Assembly: GCA_963747235.1 (NCBI GenBank)
Contig: CAVVEU010000027.1
Coordinates: forward strand, 29,689-93,688
Length of the DNA stretch: 64,000 nucleotides
Reading direction: 5' to 3'
From: an uncultured Candidatus Rokubacteria bacterium
GTDB lineage: Bacteria > Methylomirabilota > Methylomirabilia > Rokubacteriales > CSP1-6
Shown: one piece after another, positions 49,977 through 63,742 of the stretch
How the letters are laid out: each line of letters starts with the position of its first letter
How positions within the stretch are numbered: position 1 is the stretch's first letter
Notes under the pieces: generated by a model
Databases searched by the model: none
The model's input: the letters and a program-made list of their open reading frames with translations, nothing else
What the model was told of the DNA's origin: nothing
Made by a program: the position numbers and the translations under genes

Positions 49977-50856
49977 CGCGATCCGCGATCAGGTCGAGGC
50001 GGTGACCCTGCTGCGCCGCGCGATCGCCTCGGAGCGGGTGGCCCACGCCTACGCCTTCGTCGGCCCCGACGGCTCGGGCCGCAAGGCCACCGCGCTGGCC
50101 TTCGCGTCCGCCCTCGTCGCGCCGCTGGGCGGGCCGGGCGCCGCCCGCGTCGAGCGGGGCAGCCATCCCGACGTGCACCTGCTGGGGCCGACGCCGCCGC
50201 CGAGCAATCCCAAGGGCACGCCGGCCCTGCGCATCGAGGCGATCCGGGAGATGGAGCGCCGGGCCTCGCTCAAGCCCGCCGAGGCCGCCTGGAAGGTCTT
50301 CATCGTGGACGAGGCCGAGAAGATGACGGCCTCGACGCCGCAGGCGCTGCTCAAGACGCTCGAGGAGCCGCCCGCGCGGACCGTGATCATCCTGGTCCTC
50401 TCGCAGATCCGCGCGCTGCCCGCCACCGTGCTCTCGCGCTGCCAGGTGGTGCGCTTCCGCCCCCGGCTCGTGGAGGGCGCGCCCGCGCTCTTCCCCGACG
50501 TGCGCGGGGAGGCGCATGCCCGCAGCCTGCGGCTCCTGGCCGAGGCGCGCGAGCAGGGCGTCGAGGCCATCCTGCGCCTGGGCGATCAGGTCGGCCGCGA
50601 CCGGCCGGCCGCGGAGGCCTTCGTCGAGGCGTGCTGGCTCTGGCACCGCGATCTCCTCTGCGGGCTGGCCGGCGCGCCCCCGCGCCTGGCCGTCTTCGGC
50701 GACGCCGCCGCGAAGGCCGGCGGCGCGCGCTCGCTCGATCAGATACTCGGCGCGCTCCGCGATTGCCGCGAGGCGTGGTTCGCGCTGCAGGGGAGCGTCT
50801 CGCCCCGGTTGAGCGTGGAAGTGCTGCTGGGCCGACTCACCGGAAAGGCCGCCTGA
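49966..50856 (+). CDS. holB: DNA polymerase III delta' subunit
   Basis: HAYAFVGP, HPDV, ALLKTLEEPP, SRC; follows tmk. Confidence 0.9.
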   Translation: MALDAIRDQVEAVTLLRRAIASERVAHAYAFVGPDGSGRKATALAFASALVAPLGGPGAARVERGSHPDVHLLGPTPPPSNPKGTPALRIEAIREMERRASLKPAEAAWKVFIVDEAEKMTASTPQALLKTLEEPPARTVIILVLSQIRALPATVLSRCQVVRFRPRLVEGAPALFPDVRGEAHARSLRLLAEAREQGVEAILRLGDQVGRDRPAAEAFVEACWLWHRDLLCGLAGAPPRLAVFGDAAAKAGGARSLDQILGALRDCREAWFALQGSVSPRLSVEVLLGRLTGKAA

Positions 50857-50857
50857 C

Positions 50858-53692
<2,835 letters not shown>

Positions 53693-53693
<1 letters not shown>

Positions 53694-54448
53694 TGCGCGC
53701 CGTGCTCGGGGAGACGTTCCGCCTCCTCGTCCGCCACCTGCACCTCTTCACGCTGATCTCGCTGACGGTGTGGCTGCCGACCCACGTGCTGCTGAACTAT
53801 CTGGAGTTCTTCGATCCGGGTGAAGACTCAGCCGGCAGAGCGCTACGGATCGTCCTCACCGCGCAGGTGGTGCTCGATCCGTTCGTGGTGAGCGCGCTGC
53901 TGTCCGCGCTGGCGCGCATCAAGCACGGGGTGCCGGTCACCTACTGGCAGGCGCTCGCGGAGGGCTTCAGCGCCTGGCCCCGCCTCATGCTGGTGCGCTT
54001 CGTCGTGATCTGGGTGCTGCTGCTGCCCTCGCTCGGCTGGCTCGCCATCTACCAGGCGGGGCCCGCGCTCCGGCTCGTGGGAAGCCTGGCCCTCATCGGG
54101 CTGACCCTGCTGATCCTCGCGCTCCTCGTGCGCTTCGCGCTCGTGGACTCCGCGGTGGTGCTGGGCGGGGCCTCCCCGTTCAATGCCTGGCGGCAGGCCG
54201 CCGAGCTCACCGCGGGCCAGCGCTGGAGCATTCTCTGGACCGCCGCCGCGCTCTTCGTGCTGATCTTCGGGGTCGCGGTCGCGGGGGGCCAGGCCTTCCG
54301 GACCGTGCCCGGCGCCAACCACTTCGTGGCGCGCGTGCTCTTCGACTGCATGCTGGCGGTGGCGCAGTCCCTCTTCACGATCGCGCTCTTCCTCTTCTAC
54401 TGGCGGAAGCAGGGGATCCCGGCGCCGGCCGAGCCCGCCCGGACGTGA
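53693..54448 (+). CDS. Hypothetical membrane protein
   Basis: Multiple TM segments; coupled to the metG stop. Confidence 0.7.
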
Positions 54449-55466
54449 CCGACCCGAGCGCTGCGCCCGCGCCGCGCCTGCCGCTGGTCGGCTGGCTCGG
54501 CGGCTGGCCGATCTCGATCGCCTCGCTGGCCCTGGGCCTGGCCACGCTCTTCGTCTTCCGCCGCGGCCTGCCGCACGTGGGCTGGATCGTGGGCTACCTG
54601 CTGCTCCTGTGGCTGCTCTTCGTCCTGATCACCGAGCTCCGCGCGCCGCTCACCGAGCGGGGCCGGGGCCTCGTGCTCTCCGCCGCCGACTACACGATCC
54701 AGACGCTCTACCACAACCTGCTGCTCTTCGTGCTGCCCGCCTACTACGCGGCGGCCACGCTCGATTCGCGAAACGTGGTGTTCCCGGCGCTCGTCGCGGC
54801 CGGCGCGCTCGTCACCGCGCTCGATCCCGTCTACCGCCGGCTCGTGGCCCCGCGGCCGTGGCTCGAGCCACGCGCTGATGGGGTTCTCCATCTTCGCCGC
54901 GCTCAACGTCGCGCTGCCGCTGGTCGGCGTCCAGCCCATCCTGGCGCTCGAGGCCAGCGCGGTGATGGCCGCGCTCTCGCTCGCGCCCGCCTTCCGGCGC
55001 GAAGGGCTCTCCGGCTGGCTGCGCGCCCACGCCCTGGCCCTGGCCGCGGCGGCGGTCGCGCTGGTGCTGGTCTGGTTCGCGCGGGGGCTCGTGCCGCCCG
55101 CGCCGCTCGTCCTGGCCCGCGCGGTGGCCGCGCGCGGCGTCGCCGAGCTCGAGCCGGTGGAGCCGGTGCGAGGGCGGGGTGGTGGCCGCGGCCACCGTGC
55201 TCGAGTGGGGCGAGCTGGCCGCCTACACCGCGGTCTACGCGCCGGCGGGCGTGCGGCAGCCCATCACGCACATCTGGTGGCGGGACCGGCGGCAGCTCGC
55301 CCGCGTGGTCCTGCCGACGCCGGTGCTGGGCGGCCGCCGCGAGGGGTTCCGCACCTATTCGCGCTTCACGGATCTCAAGGCGCCCGTCGCGGGCAAGTAT
55401 CGCGTGGACGTGCTGACGGCGTCCGGCCAGCTCATCGGCCGCCTGCGCTTCACCGTCACCCCCTGA
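54445..55466 (+). CDS. Membrane protein with DUF2914-like C-terminal domain (frameshifts)
   Basis: TM N-terminus; AYTAVYAP..GGRREGFRTYS..GQLIGRLRF. Confidence 0.7.
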
Positions 55467-55567
55467 TATCATTGCGCCGGAATCGTCCGGGCGGGACACC
55501 CCGGTGCCGATCTCCACGCGCGATCACGACCCACGCGACGTGTGCCGGCGAGGCTGCCTGCCGACTG

Positions 55568-56348
55568 ATGCCGCTCTTCGACACGCACGCCCATCTGCAC
55601 TTTCCCGAGCTGCTGGCGGACCTCGACGCGGTGCTGGAGCGCGCGCGGGCCGCCGGGGTGACCGGGATGGTGACCATCGGCACCGATCGCGAGACCAATC
55701 CCGCCGCGGTGGCGCTGGCCGAGCGCCGGCCCGAGGTCTGGGCCACCGTGGGCATCCATCCCCACGATGCGGGCGAGGCCACCGAGGCGGACTACGAGGC
55801 GATGGAGCGGCTGGCCCGCGGGTCGGCCCGGGTGGTGGCGCTGGGCGAGATGGGGCTCGACTTCTTCCGCGACCTCTCGCCCCGCGACGCGCAGGAGACG
55901 GCGCTGCGCCGGCAGCTCGACATGGCGCGGCGGCTCGGCAAGCCGGTCGTCATCCACTGCCGCGACGCGCACCGCGGAAGCCCTCGCGATTCTCTCGGAG
56001 GAGCGCGTGCACGAGGTCGGCGGCGTCATGCACTGCTTCTCGGCCGACGTGGAGGTGGCCAAGCGCTGCCTCGATCTGGGCCTGATGATCTCGCTCGCCG
56101 GACCGGTGACCTACAAGAACGCGCGCGCGCTTCCCGACGTCGCCCGCTTCGTGCCCGCCGACCGCCTGGTGGTGGAGACCGACTGCCCGTTCCTGCCGCC
56201 CCATCCCCATCGCGGGCAGCGCAACGAGCCCGCGTGGGTCGCCATCACCGCCGCGCACGTGGCCGGGCTGCGCGGCGTCACGCCCGAGGCGCTCGGCCAG
56301 ACCGTCACCGAGAACGCGCACCGGCTCTTCCGCATCCCGACCCGCTAA
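55568..56348 (+). CDS. tatD: TatD-family nuclease (frameshift near 55972)
   Basis: DTHAHL, GIHPH, GEMGLD, HCF, ETDCPFL, RNEP. Confidence 0.92.
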
Positions 56349-56374
56349 CCCCGTTCGAACGAAGGAGTCGCCTC

Positions 56375-57155
56375 ATGGCCTACTCGGACATCCTCTTCGA
56401 GGTCAGGAATCAGGTGGCGTGGCTCACGATCAACCGGCCCGACAAGGGCAACACCTTCCGGCGCCAGACCGTGCTCGAGATGACCGCAGGCGCTCAACGA
56501 GGCGCGCAACGACGCCGGGGTGCGGGTGGTGGTGATCACCGGCGCGGGCGATCGCTTCTTCTGCATCGGCGGCGAGAAGGAGCCCAACGACGGCCTGCTG
56601 CACTACCACAACGTGCCGCCGGTGGTGGATCTCTACACCCTGATCGACATGATGCCGGTGCCGGTCATCGCGATGGTCAACGGCTTCTCGGTGGGCGGCG
56701 GCAACGTGCTCGCCAACATGTGCGATCTCACGGTGGCGAGCGAGCAGGCCACCTTCCGCCAGGTGGGCCCGGCCATGGGCTCCTACGACGCGGGCTTCGG
56801 CACCTGGTACCTGGAGGACTCGGTGGGCCGCAAGCGCGCCAAGGAGATCTGGTACCTCAACCGCAAGTACAGCGCGAAGGAAGCGCAGGCGATGGGGCTG
56901 GTCAACGACGTGGCGCCCCACGCGGAGCTGCGCGCGCGCACCGAGGCGATGTGCGAGGAGCTGAAGAAGCGCGGGCCGCAGGCGCTCGCCGCGCTGAAGG
57001 CCGCCTTCCACGCCCGCCACAACGGCGTGGCCGGGCTCTCGCGCGTGTCCATCGACCACCTGGTCGCGAACTACTACCACACCGAGGAAGCCAAGGAGAT
57101 GGGCCGGGCCTTCAACAGCAAGCAGGACCCCGACCCCGACAAGTTCTATAAGTAA
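56375..57155 (+). CDS. Crotonase-family enzyme (MenB/BadI-like; frameshift near 56488)
   Basis: INRPDKGN, FCIGG, GGGNVL, GSYDAGFG. Confidence 0.85.
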
Positions 57156-57170
57156 GGTCTAACCCTATGG

Positions 57171-57206
57171 CCCCTCTCCCCTCAGGGGAGAGGGCAGGGT
57201 GAGGGG
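57171..57206. repeat. REP-like palindromic repeat
   Basis: Matches the second unit in metG. Confidence 0.85.
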
Positions 57207-57232
57207 TGGTCGAGGGTAAGGGTGGGCCGGCC

Positions 57233-57523
57233 CTACGCCCGCGCGAGGACGGCCAGCGCCCGCGGCAGGTCCGCGGCGGCGACCAGCAGCAGCACCTCGG
57301 CCTGGTGGCCCACGCTGAAGGGATAGACCGAGGGCGCGAGCCGGCTCCGCGGACACCACCGTGATGCCCTCGCTCTCGAGCAGCCCGCGGACCACCAGCG
57401 CCTCCGTCTGATCGCGGCAGCGCCGCGCCTCCACCAGCTCCGCGTCGCATCGCGCGCGGCCGGCTTCGGGGCAGGCGTCGGGAAGCGGATGATCTTCGCG
57501 CGGCGCGCGGCCATGGCGCTCAT
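57233..57523 (-). CDS. DUF2007-like small protein (frameshifts)
   Basis: EALVVRGLLESEGI..EVLLLV. Confidence 0.6.
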   Translation of the reverse strand: MSAMAARRAKIIRFPTPAPKPAARDATRSWWRRGAAAIRRRRWWSAGCSRARASRWCPRSRLAPSVYPFSVGHQAEVLLLVAAADLPRALAVLARA

Positions 57524-58716
57524 GCTAGCACGCCGGGCCGGTGCCTCCACCGGAGGCGCCAGAAGCACACGAGCGCGGTGACGCCGGCCACCGCGATCGC
57601 GGTGGTCATCGGGCGCGCGGTGCCGTCCCAGAAGTGCCCGACCGCGACGCTGTAGAGCGCCGAGCCCGTCATCTGGAGGAAGCCGGCCACCGCGGCGGCC
57701 AGTCCGGCCATGCGCGGAAACGGGCCGACCGCGCCGGCCATGCCGTTGGGCAGGGTGAGGCCGAGCCCGATCGCGAACACGAACATCGGGACGATCACCG
57801 CGGCCACCGTCAGGATGCCGCTCCACGCCAGCGCCGCCAGGAGCAGTCCGGCCGCGGCGCCGAGGCCGGTGCCGGAGAGGATCATGCGGTCGAGCCCGAG
57901 CCGCGCGCCGAACCGGCCGGAGAGGAAGGTGCCGGTCATGATCCCGACCGCGACCGAGCCGAAGCAGAGCCCGAATGCGCTCGGCGAGACGCCGAGCACC
58001 CCGATCAGCACGAAGGACGAGCCGGAGATGAAGGCGAACTGGCCGCCGAACATCAGCGCGTTCACCAGCACGTAGGCCACGTAGCTCCGGTCGGTGAGCA
58101 GCTCCGCCACGTTGCGGCCCATCTGCCCCGGCCGCAGCGCGGTGGGATCCTGGCGGATATTGGTCTCGGGCACGCCCACGATCATCAGGGCCACGAAGAG
58201 CGCGCCCGCGCCCGCCAGCACGAAGAAGATCGCGCGCCACCCGAAGGCCTCGTGCACGTAGCCCCCCAGGATCGGCGCCAGCATCGGGTTGAGGGACTGG
58301 AACATGCCCATGTAGGAGAACACGCGCGCGGCGCGCTCGCGATCGTAGAGGTCGCGGATCACCGCGCGCGCCACCACCGGCCCACTGCCGCCGCCCAGGG
58401 CCTGGAGCACGCGCGCGCCGATCAGCACGCCGATCGTGGGGGCAAGCGCGCACGCGAGGCCGGCCACCGCGTAGAGGCCGAGGCCGCCGATCAGCACCCA
58501 GCGGCGGCCGAATCGGTCGGAGAGCGGCCCGTAGACGAGCTGGGAGGCCGCGAAGGCCATCAGGAACAGCGTCACCGTGAGCTGCGCGATCGCGGCCTCG
58601 GCGCCGAACACCGCCGCGATGGTGGGCAGCGACGGCAGGAACATGTCGATGGACAGGGCGCCCAGGCCCACCACCGCGGTCAGCACGAACTCCACGCGCA
58701 TCTGGCTCATATACAC
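57520..58716 (-). CDS. Bcr/CflA-family MFS efflux transporter
   Basis: SIDMFLPSLP, GPLSDRFGRR, ARAVIRD. Confidence 0.92.
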   Translation of the reverse strand: MYMSQMRVEFVLTAVVGLGALSIDMFLPSLPTIAAVFGAEAAIAQLTVTLFLMAFAASQLVYGPLSDRFGRRWVLIGGLGLYAVAGLACALAPTIGVLIGARVLQALGGGSGPVVARAVIRDLYDRERAARVFSYMGMFQSLNPMLAPILGGYVHEAFGWRAIFFVLAGAGALFVALMIVGVPETNIRQDPTALRPGQMGRNVAELLTDRSYVAYVLVNALMFGGQFAFISGSSFVLIGVLGVSPSAFGLCFGSVAVGIMTGTFLSGRFGARLGLDRMILSGTGLGAAAGLLLAALAWSGILTVAAVIVPMFVFAIGLGLTLPNGMAGAVGPFPRMAGLAAAVAGFLQMTGSALYSVAVGHFWDGTARPMTTAIAVAGVTALVCFWRLRWRHRPGVLA

Positions 58717-58759
58717 TAGGCTCGGGCAAAGGGATAGAATCCGCGCTCAGGGGGCGGCC

Positions 58760-60040
58760 ATGGACAAGTACGAGTACTTCAGCGGCCTGCCGGAAGTCGG
58801 CATCGTGCCGCGCGCGCCGCACGTGGGCCCGCTGCTCCAGCACGTCCACGAGCAGGAGCACGGCCGCGGCGGCTTCGCGGGCCGGGTCAGCCACACCTAC
58901 CACCTGTACCCGCCGAACAACTGGCTGCCCCGCGAGACCCTCGTGCTCGAGGACTGGGCGCCCTTCTGGGAATCGCCGCTGCGCCCGCTGGGCGGCGCGC
59001 ACCACGCGCTGGGCGTCGCGCGCCCGTCGGCGTCGCACGATGTCTATCGGGGCATGGCGCGCCTGGTGGCCAACGCCACCGTGGCCATGAACGTGACCGC
59101 GCCCACCGCGCCGATGGACTACTTCTTCGAGCACCACTCGGCGACGCTCGTGGTGTTCGTCCACGAGGGCGGCGGCACCCTCGAGACGCTCTTCGGTCCC
59201 ATCGCCTACGGCCCCGGCGACTTCCTCATCGTGCCCAAGGGCATTCCCCACCGCTTCGAGTGCGCGCCGGGGCCGCAGTACTACTGGGTCTACGAGAGCT
59301 TCGCGGGGGATCCCGAGAAGGCGGAGGCGGCCACCACCGGCCAGTTCATCACCCACAGCCGGAGCGACTACCGCTTCCCGCGCACGCTCGAGACGCGCAA
59401 CGAGGCGGGGCGCTTCGAGATCGTCTCCAAGGTGGGCTCGGTCTACACGCGGCGGGTGCATCCCACGCATCCCTTCGACGTGGTGGGCTGGCGCGGCGAT
59501 TACCTGCCGTACCGCTTCGCGGTGGAGGACGTGCGGCCGCTCACCGCGGACCGCTCGCACGTGCCGCCGTCGGGCCACACCATCTTCAAGCTCCCCGGCT
59601 GCTACCTCTGCGTGTTCACGGTGCGCGCGGTCGAGAAGGAGGGCATGTGGCTGCCCTTCTTCCATCGCAACCTCGACTACTGCGAGACCATCGGCTATCA
59701 CTGGGGCGACTTCTTCAGCCGGGGCGGCGTGATCCAGGAGGGCATGGTCACGGTGCACCCGGTCGGGCTGCCCCACGGCCCGCAGCCCGCCGCGCTCCAG
59801 GTGTTCATGGACGGGCACCGGCCCACGATGCACCGTGAGGTCGGCATCATGGCCGACTTCACCAATCCCGCGCAGATCTCGGACTACGCCCTGGGGCTCT
59901 CGCAGCCCGACTACATGAAGAGCTGGGGCGCCTACACCACGGACCCGCGCTTCACGCACCGGCCGGAGCGGCTGGCCGAGGTGCGCTCGCTCGCCGAGGG
60001 GCTGGCCGACGCGCGCGACGAGCTGCGCCCGCCATCATGA
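58760..60040 (+). CDS. Homogentisate 1,2-dioxygenase-like protein
   Basis: EHGRGGF, HPFDVVGWRG, PFFHRN.D..E, HPVGLPHGP. Confidence 0.8.
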   Translation: MDKYEYFSGLPEVGIVPRAPHVGPLLQHVHEQEHGRGGFAGRVSHTYHLYPPNNWLPRETLVLEDWAPFWESPLRPLGGAHHALGVARPSASHDVYRGMARLVANATVAMNVTAPTAPMDYFFEHHSATLVVFVHEGGGTLETLFGPIAYGPGDFLIVPKGIPHRFECAPGPQYYWVYESFAGDPEKAEAATTGQFITHSRSDYRFPRTLETRNEAGRFEIVSKVGSVYTRRVHPTHPFDVVGWRGDYLPYRFAVEDVRPLTADRSHVPPSGHTIFKLPGCYLCVFTVRAVEKEGMWLPFFHRNLDYCETIGYHWGDFFSRGGVIQEGMVTVHPVGLPHGPQPAALQVFMDGHRPTMHREVGIMADFTNPAQISDYALGLSQPDYMKSWGAYTTDPRFTHRPERLAEVRSLAEGLADARDELRPPS

Positions 60041-61083
60041 CGCTGTCCACGCGCGACGCGCAGCTTCCCGCCGCCTACTCCGACCGGCTCGAGGCGCTCT
60101 CGCTCGCGCCGCTCTGGACCGCGCTCCACGCGCTGCTGCCGCCCGAGCGGCAGACGCGGGTGCTGCCGTACCGCTGGCGGTGGAGCGAGCTGCGCGCGCC
60201 GCTGCTCGAGGCGGCGCGCCTGGTGCCGATCGAGCAGGCGGAGCGGCGGGTGCTGGTGCTGTGCAATCCCGGCCTGCCCGGCAACTTCTCGGCGACCGCG
60301 ACGCTCTACGCGGGTCTGCAGATCATCCTGCCCGGCGAGGCGGCGCCCAGTCACCATCACACCGCGGCGGCCCTGCGCCTGATCGTCGAGGGCGCGGGGG
60401 CCTACACCACGGTGGATGGCGTGAAGTGCGCCATGGAGCCGGGCGATTTCATCATCACCCCGCCGATGCGCTGGCACGACCACGGCCATGAGGGCCGCGA
60501 GCCGGTGATCTGGCTGGACGGCCTCGATATCCCGCTGGTGCGTAACGTCGAGGCGAACTGGGCCTCGGCCATGAAGCCCGCGTCCACCCCGGCGACCGAG
60601 ACCGACTCCTCCCAGGACGAATTCACCGCGGCGGGCCTCGTGCCGCGCCAGTCGCGCTACGAGGAGACCGGCTACCCGCAGGTGCGCTGGCCGTGGCGCA
60701 CCGCGCGCGCCGCGCTCGCGGCCATGGCCGCCACCGCGCCCCGGCGCGCGCCGGTGGTGCTGCGCCACGTGAACCCGCGCACCGGCGAGTACCCGCTCAA
60801 GACGATGGGCTCCGAGGCGCGCTGGCTGCGCCCCGGCGAGGAGACGCGCGCGGAGCGCCGCACCGCCAGCGAGGTGGTCCACGTGATCGAGGGACAGGGC
60901 GAGAGCCGCGTCGGCGATCGGACGCTCGACTGGCAGGCCGGCGACGTCTTCGTGGTGCCGCCGTGGCACTGGACCACGCATCGCAACCGCTCGGGCCAGG
61001 CGCCCGCCTGCCTCTTCCATCTCAACGACGAGCCCGCGCTCCGGGCGCTCGGACTCTGGCACGAACAAGCCGGCCCCGAATGA
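60037..61083 (+). CDS. Gentisate 1,2-dioxygenase-like bicupin
   Basis: AERRVLVLCNPG, APSHHHT, WHDHGH, WLDGLDIP. Confidence 0.88.
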   Translation: MTLSTRDAQLPAAYSDRLEALSLAPLWTALHALLPPERQTRVLPYRWRWSELRAPLLEAARLVPIEQAERRVLVLCNPGLPGNFSATATLYAGLQIILPGEAAPSHHHTAAALRLIVEGAGAYTTVDGVKCAMEPGDFIITPPMRWHDHGHEGREPVIWLDGLDIPLVRNVEANWASAMKPASTPATETDSSQDEFTAAGLVPRQSRYEETGYPQVRWPWRTARAALAAMAATAPRRAPVVLRHVNPRTGEYPLKTMGSEARWLRPGEETRAERRTASEVVHVIEGQGESRVGDRTLDWQAGDVFVVPPWHWTTHRNRSGQAPACLFHLNDEPALRALGLWHEQAGPE

Positions 61084-61802
61084 CCGCCCGCTACGAGGCC
61101 CTGATGGACGTCGTGCGCTCCCGCATGACCAACCGCGCCTTCGCCCCCGCCGAGATTCCGCGGGCGCACGTCGAGATGATCCTGGAGGCGGCGCGGCACG
61201 CCCCGTCGGGCGCCAATGCCCAGCCCTGGCACTTCATCGTGGTCACCGACGAGGCGGCGAAGGCGGCGATCGGCCAGTGCTTCGTGGACGAGCAGCAGCA
61301 CCGCGCGAAGCTGCGCATGGGCTTTCCCACCCCGAACTACAACGGGGTGAAGACCGCGCCGGGCCTCATCGTCATCGCGGCCGACTTTCGCTTCGTCCGC
61401 GCGTTCCCGGTGCTCAACGACGACTCCGCGCTCGACCGGCTCTACCACCAGAACGCCGAGCGCATCCTGCTGCAGTCGGTGGCCGCCGCCACCATGTCCG
61501 CCCACCTCGCCGCCGCCGCGCTGGGCTACGCGGTGTGGTGGATCACCGCCATCGGCCAGGACGACATCCAGAAGCAGGTGAAGCCGCTGCTCGCGGTGCC
61601 CGACGAGCTCAGCATCATCGACGTCATGTGCTTCGGCCCGCCGCTCAAGCCGTCCTACAAACGCTGGAAGAAGCGCCTCGACCAGATCGCGAGCTGGGAC
61701 CGCTTCGATCCCGCCAACCTCATGACCGACGAGGAGATCGGCGAATGGGTGAAGACCACGCGACACAAGGTGATGTATCGCGACGAGAGCCGGGTGGACT
61801 GA
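61080..61802 (+). CDS. Nitroreductase-family protein
   Basis: RMTNRAF, APSGANAQPWHF. Confidence 0.88.
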   Translation: MTARYEALMDVVRSRMTNRAFAPAEIPRAHVEMILEAARHAPSGANAQPWHFIVVTDEAAKAAIGQCFVDEQQHRAKLRMGFPTPNYNGVKTAPGLIVIAADFRFVRAFPVLNDDSALDRLYHQNAERILLQSVAAATMSAHLAAAALGYAVWWITAIGQDDIQKQVKPLLAVPDELSIIDVMCFGPPLKPSYKRWKKRLDQIASWDRFDPANLMTDEEIGEWVKTTRHKVMYRDESRVD

Positions 61803-62743
61803 TGGCCCCGCTCACCCCGGTCGACCGGATTCGCGTCACCACGGTGGTGGACAACTACATCGACGCGCTCCGGCAGGACGAGAAGGTCGCCCGCCGGCAC
61901 AGCGCCTTCGTGGCGCGCCAGACGGTGGACCTGCGCGCGGAGCACGGCCTCGCCCACTTCGTCGAGATCACGCGCGGCCGCGAGACGGTGCGGATCGCCT
62001 TCGACTTCGGCCCCTCCGAGGCCGCGCTCACCCACAACTTCCGGGTGCTCGGCCTCGATCCCGGGGCGATCGACATCCTCGCGCTGAGCCACGGGCACTG
62101 GGACCACTTCGGCGGGCTGCTCGGCTTCCTGCGGACCTATCGCCCCGCCATGAAGAAGCCGCTCACGTTCCACGGCGGGGCGGATCACTTCCTTCCGCGC
62201 TGGAACCAGCGCGGGGAGGACCGCGTGAGCATGGGGCGGCTCTACCGGGAGGAGATCGAGCGCTACGACGTGGGGGTGGAGACGGTGCGGACGCCGACCC
62301 TGCTCGCCGAGGGCGTGCTGCTGAGCGGGGAGATGCACGAGGCGGAGCCCTTCGAGCCCATTCCGGCCAATCTCCGGGTCGAGCGCGACGGGGCGGTCGT
62401 GCCGGACGATTTCCTGGGTGAGCAGACCCTGATCGCCCACGTGAAGGGCCGCGGCCTCGTGGTGGTGACGTCGTGCTCGCACCGGGGCATCGTCGGCATC
62501 TGCCGCAATGCCACGCGCATCGCGGGGGTCTCCAAGGTGCACGCGGTGATCGGCGGCTTCCACCTGAGCGGGCTCAAGGAGGAGCGGGTCACGCGGGTGG
62601 TGGACGCCTTCCGCGCGCTCGAGGTGGACTGGGTGGTGCCGCAGCACTGCACCGGGCTCGAGTCCATGGCCACGCTGCTCCACCGCCTGCCCACCGAGAC
62701 GGTGGTCACGTCGGTCGGGTCAAGCTTCACGTTTCAGGCGTAG
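61802..62743 (+). CDS. MBL-fold metallohydrolase
   Basis: AEHGL, LSHGHWDH, SCSH, GGFHL, HCTG. Confidence 0.88.
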   Translation: MAPLTPVDRIRVTTVVDNYIDALRQDEKVARRHSAFVARQTVDLRAEHGLAHFVEITRGRETVRIAFDFGPSEAALTHNFRVLGLDPGAIDILALSHGHWDHFGGLLGFLRTYRPAMKKPLTFHGGADHFLPRWNQRGEDRVSMGRLYREEIERYDVGVETVRTPTLLAEGVLLSGEMHEAEPFEPIPANLRVERDGAVVPDDFLGEQTLIAHVKGRGLVVVTSCSHRGIVGICRNATRIAGVSKVHAVIGGFHLSGLKEERVTRVVDAFRALEVDWVVPQHCTGLESMATLLHRLPTETVVTSVGSSFTFQA

Positions 62744-62756
62744 CGACGCCCCTCGC

Positions 62757-62792
62757 CCCCCTCACCCTGCCCTCTCCCCAGAGGGGAGAGGG
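62757..62792. repeat. REP-like palindromic repeat (reverse orientation)
   Basis: CCCCCTCACCCTGCCCTCTCCCCAGAGGGGAGAGGG. Confidence 0.85.
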
Positions 62793-62800
62793 AGAGCGGG

Positions 62801-63742
62801 CTACTGGAGGTCGCGGGCGGCGGGGAGGCCGCCGGCCGCGGTCGCGGCGCGCACCGCGCGGGCGATCGCGCGCGCCACCAGGTCCGCGGCGTCGCGGCCG
62901 AGGGCGTCCACGTCGGCGCGCGCGGTGCCCACCGAGAGGCAGAAGAGCGCATCGCCGTCGGTGGTGAGATGTGGCGGCGAGAGCGCGCGGGTGAAGCCGT
63001 CCATTGCCAGCCGGGCCACCCGCGCGGCACCCGCCTTGTCGAGCGACGCCGTCGTCGCCACCAGGCCGATGGTGGTGTTGGTCGGGCGGAACACGGGCGG
63101 CCGCGCGCCCGCGGCGAGCGCGGCGCCGGTGTCGATCAGCCGGCGGCCATCGGCGGCGTCGCGGGCCCCCGCGATGAGCCGGCCGGTCTCGGGATCGCGC
63201 ACGTCCCCGACCGCGTTGACGGCCATGATCGCGCCCAGGTGCACGCCGTCGCGCTCGAGGACGGCGCAGCCGAGGCCGCCCTTGGTCGCGCGCGCGATGC
63301 CGTGGAGCTTGCCCACGCTGGCGCCGGTGCCCGCGCCCACGTTGCCCTCGGCGACGGGCCCCGGCTGCGCGGCCGCCGCCGCGCGATGGCCCATCGCGCG
63401 ATCGGGCCGCGCGGTGGGATCGCCCAGCCCGAGGTCGTAGAGAATGGCGCCGGCCACGTGGGGCACCACGGTCTGGCTCGTGGGGAAGCCGACGCCACGC
63501 TCCTCGAGGTAGCGCATCACGCCCCAGATCGCCTCGAGGCCGAAGGCGCTGCCGCCCGCCAGGACGATGCCGTCGAGTGTGGGCACGAGATGGCGCGGGT
63601 CGAGGAACTCGAGGCCGTGCACGCCCGCGGCCCAGCCGCGGATCTCCATGCCTCCCACCGCGGGCGCGTCGCTCAGGATCACGGTGCAGCCGGTGAGCCC
63701 GATCGCGTCCGTGACGTGGCCGACCCGCAGCCCGGGGATCAT
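62801..63742 (-). CDS. P1/S58-family peptidase (DmpA-like)
   Basis: GLRVGH, GGSAFGL, GNVGAGTG, NTTIG, DGD. Confidence 0.88.
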   Translation of the reverse strand: MIPGLRVGHVTDAIGLTGCTVILSDAPAVGGMEIRGWAAGVHGLEFLDPRHLVPTLDGIVLAGGSAFGLEAIWGVMRYLEERGVGFPTSQTVVPHVAGAILYDLGLGDPTARPDRAMGHRAAAAAQPGPVAEGNVGAGTGASVGKLHGIARATKGGLGCAVLERDGVHLGAIMAVNAVGDVRDPETGRLIAGARDAADGRRLIDTGAALAAGARPPVFRPTNTTIGLVATTASLDKAGAARVARLAMDGFTRALSPPHLTTDGDALFCLSVGTARADVDALGRDAADLVARAIARAVRAATAAGGLPAARDLQ

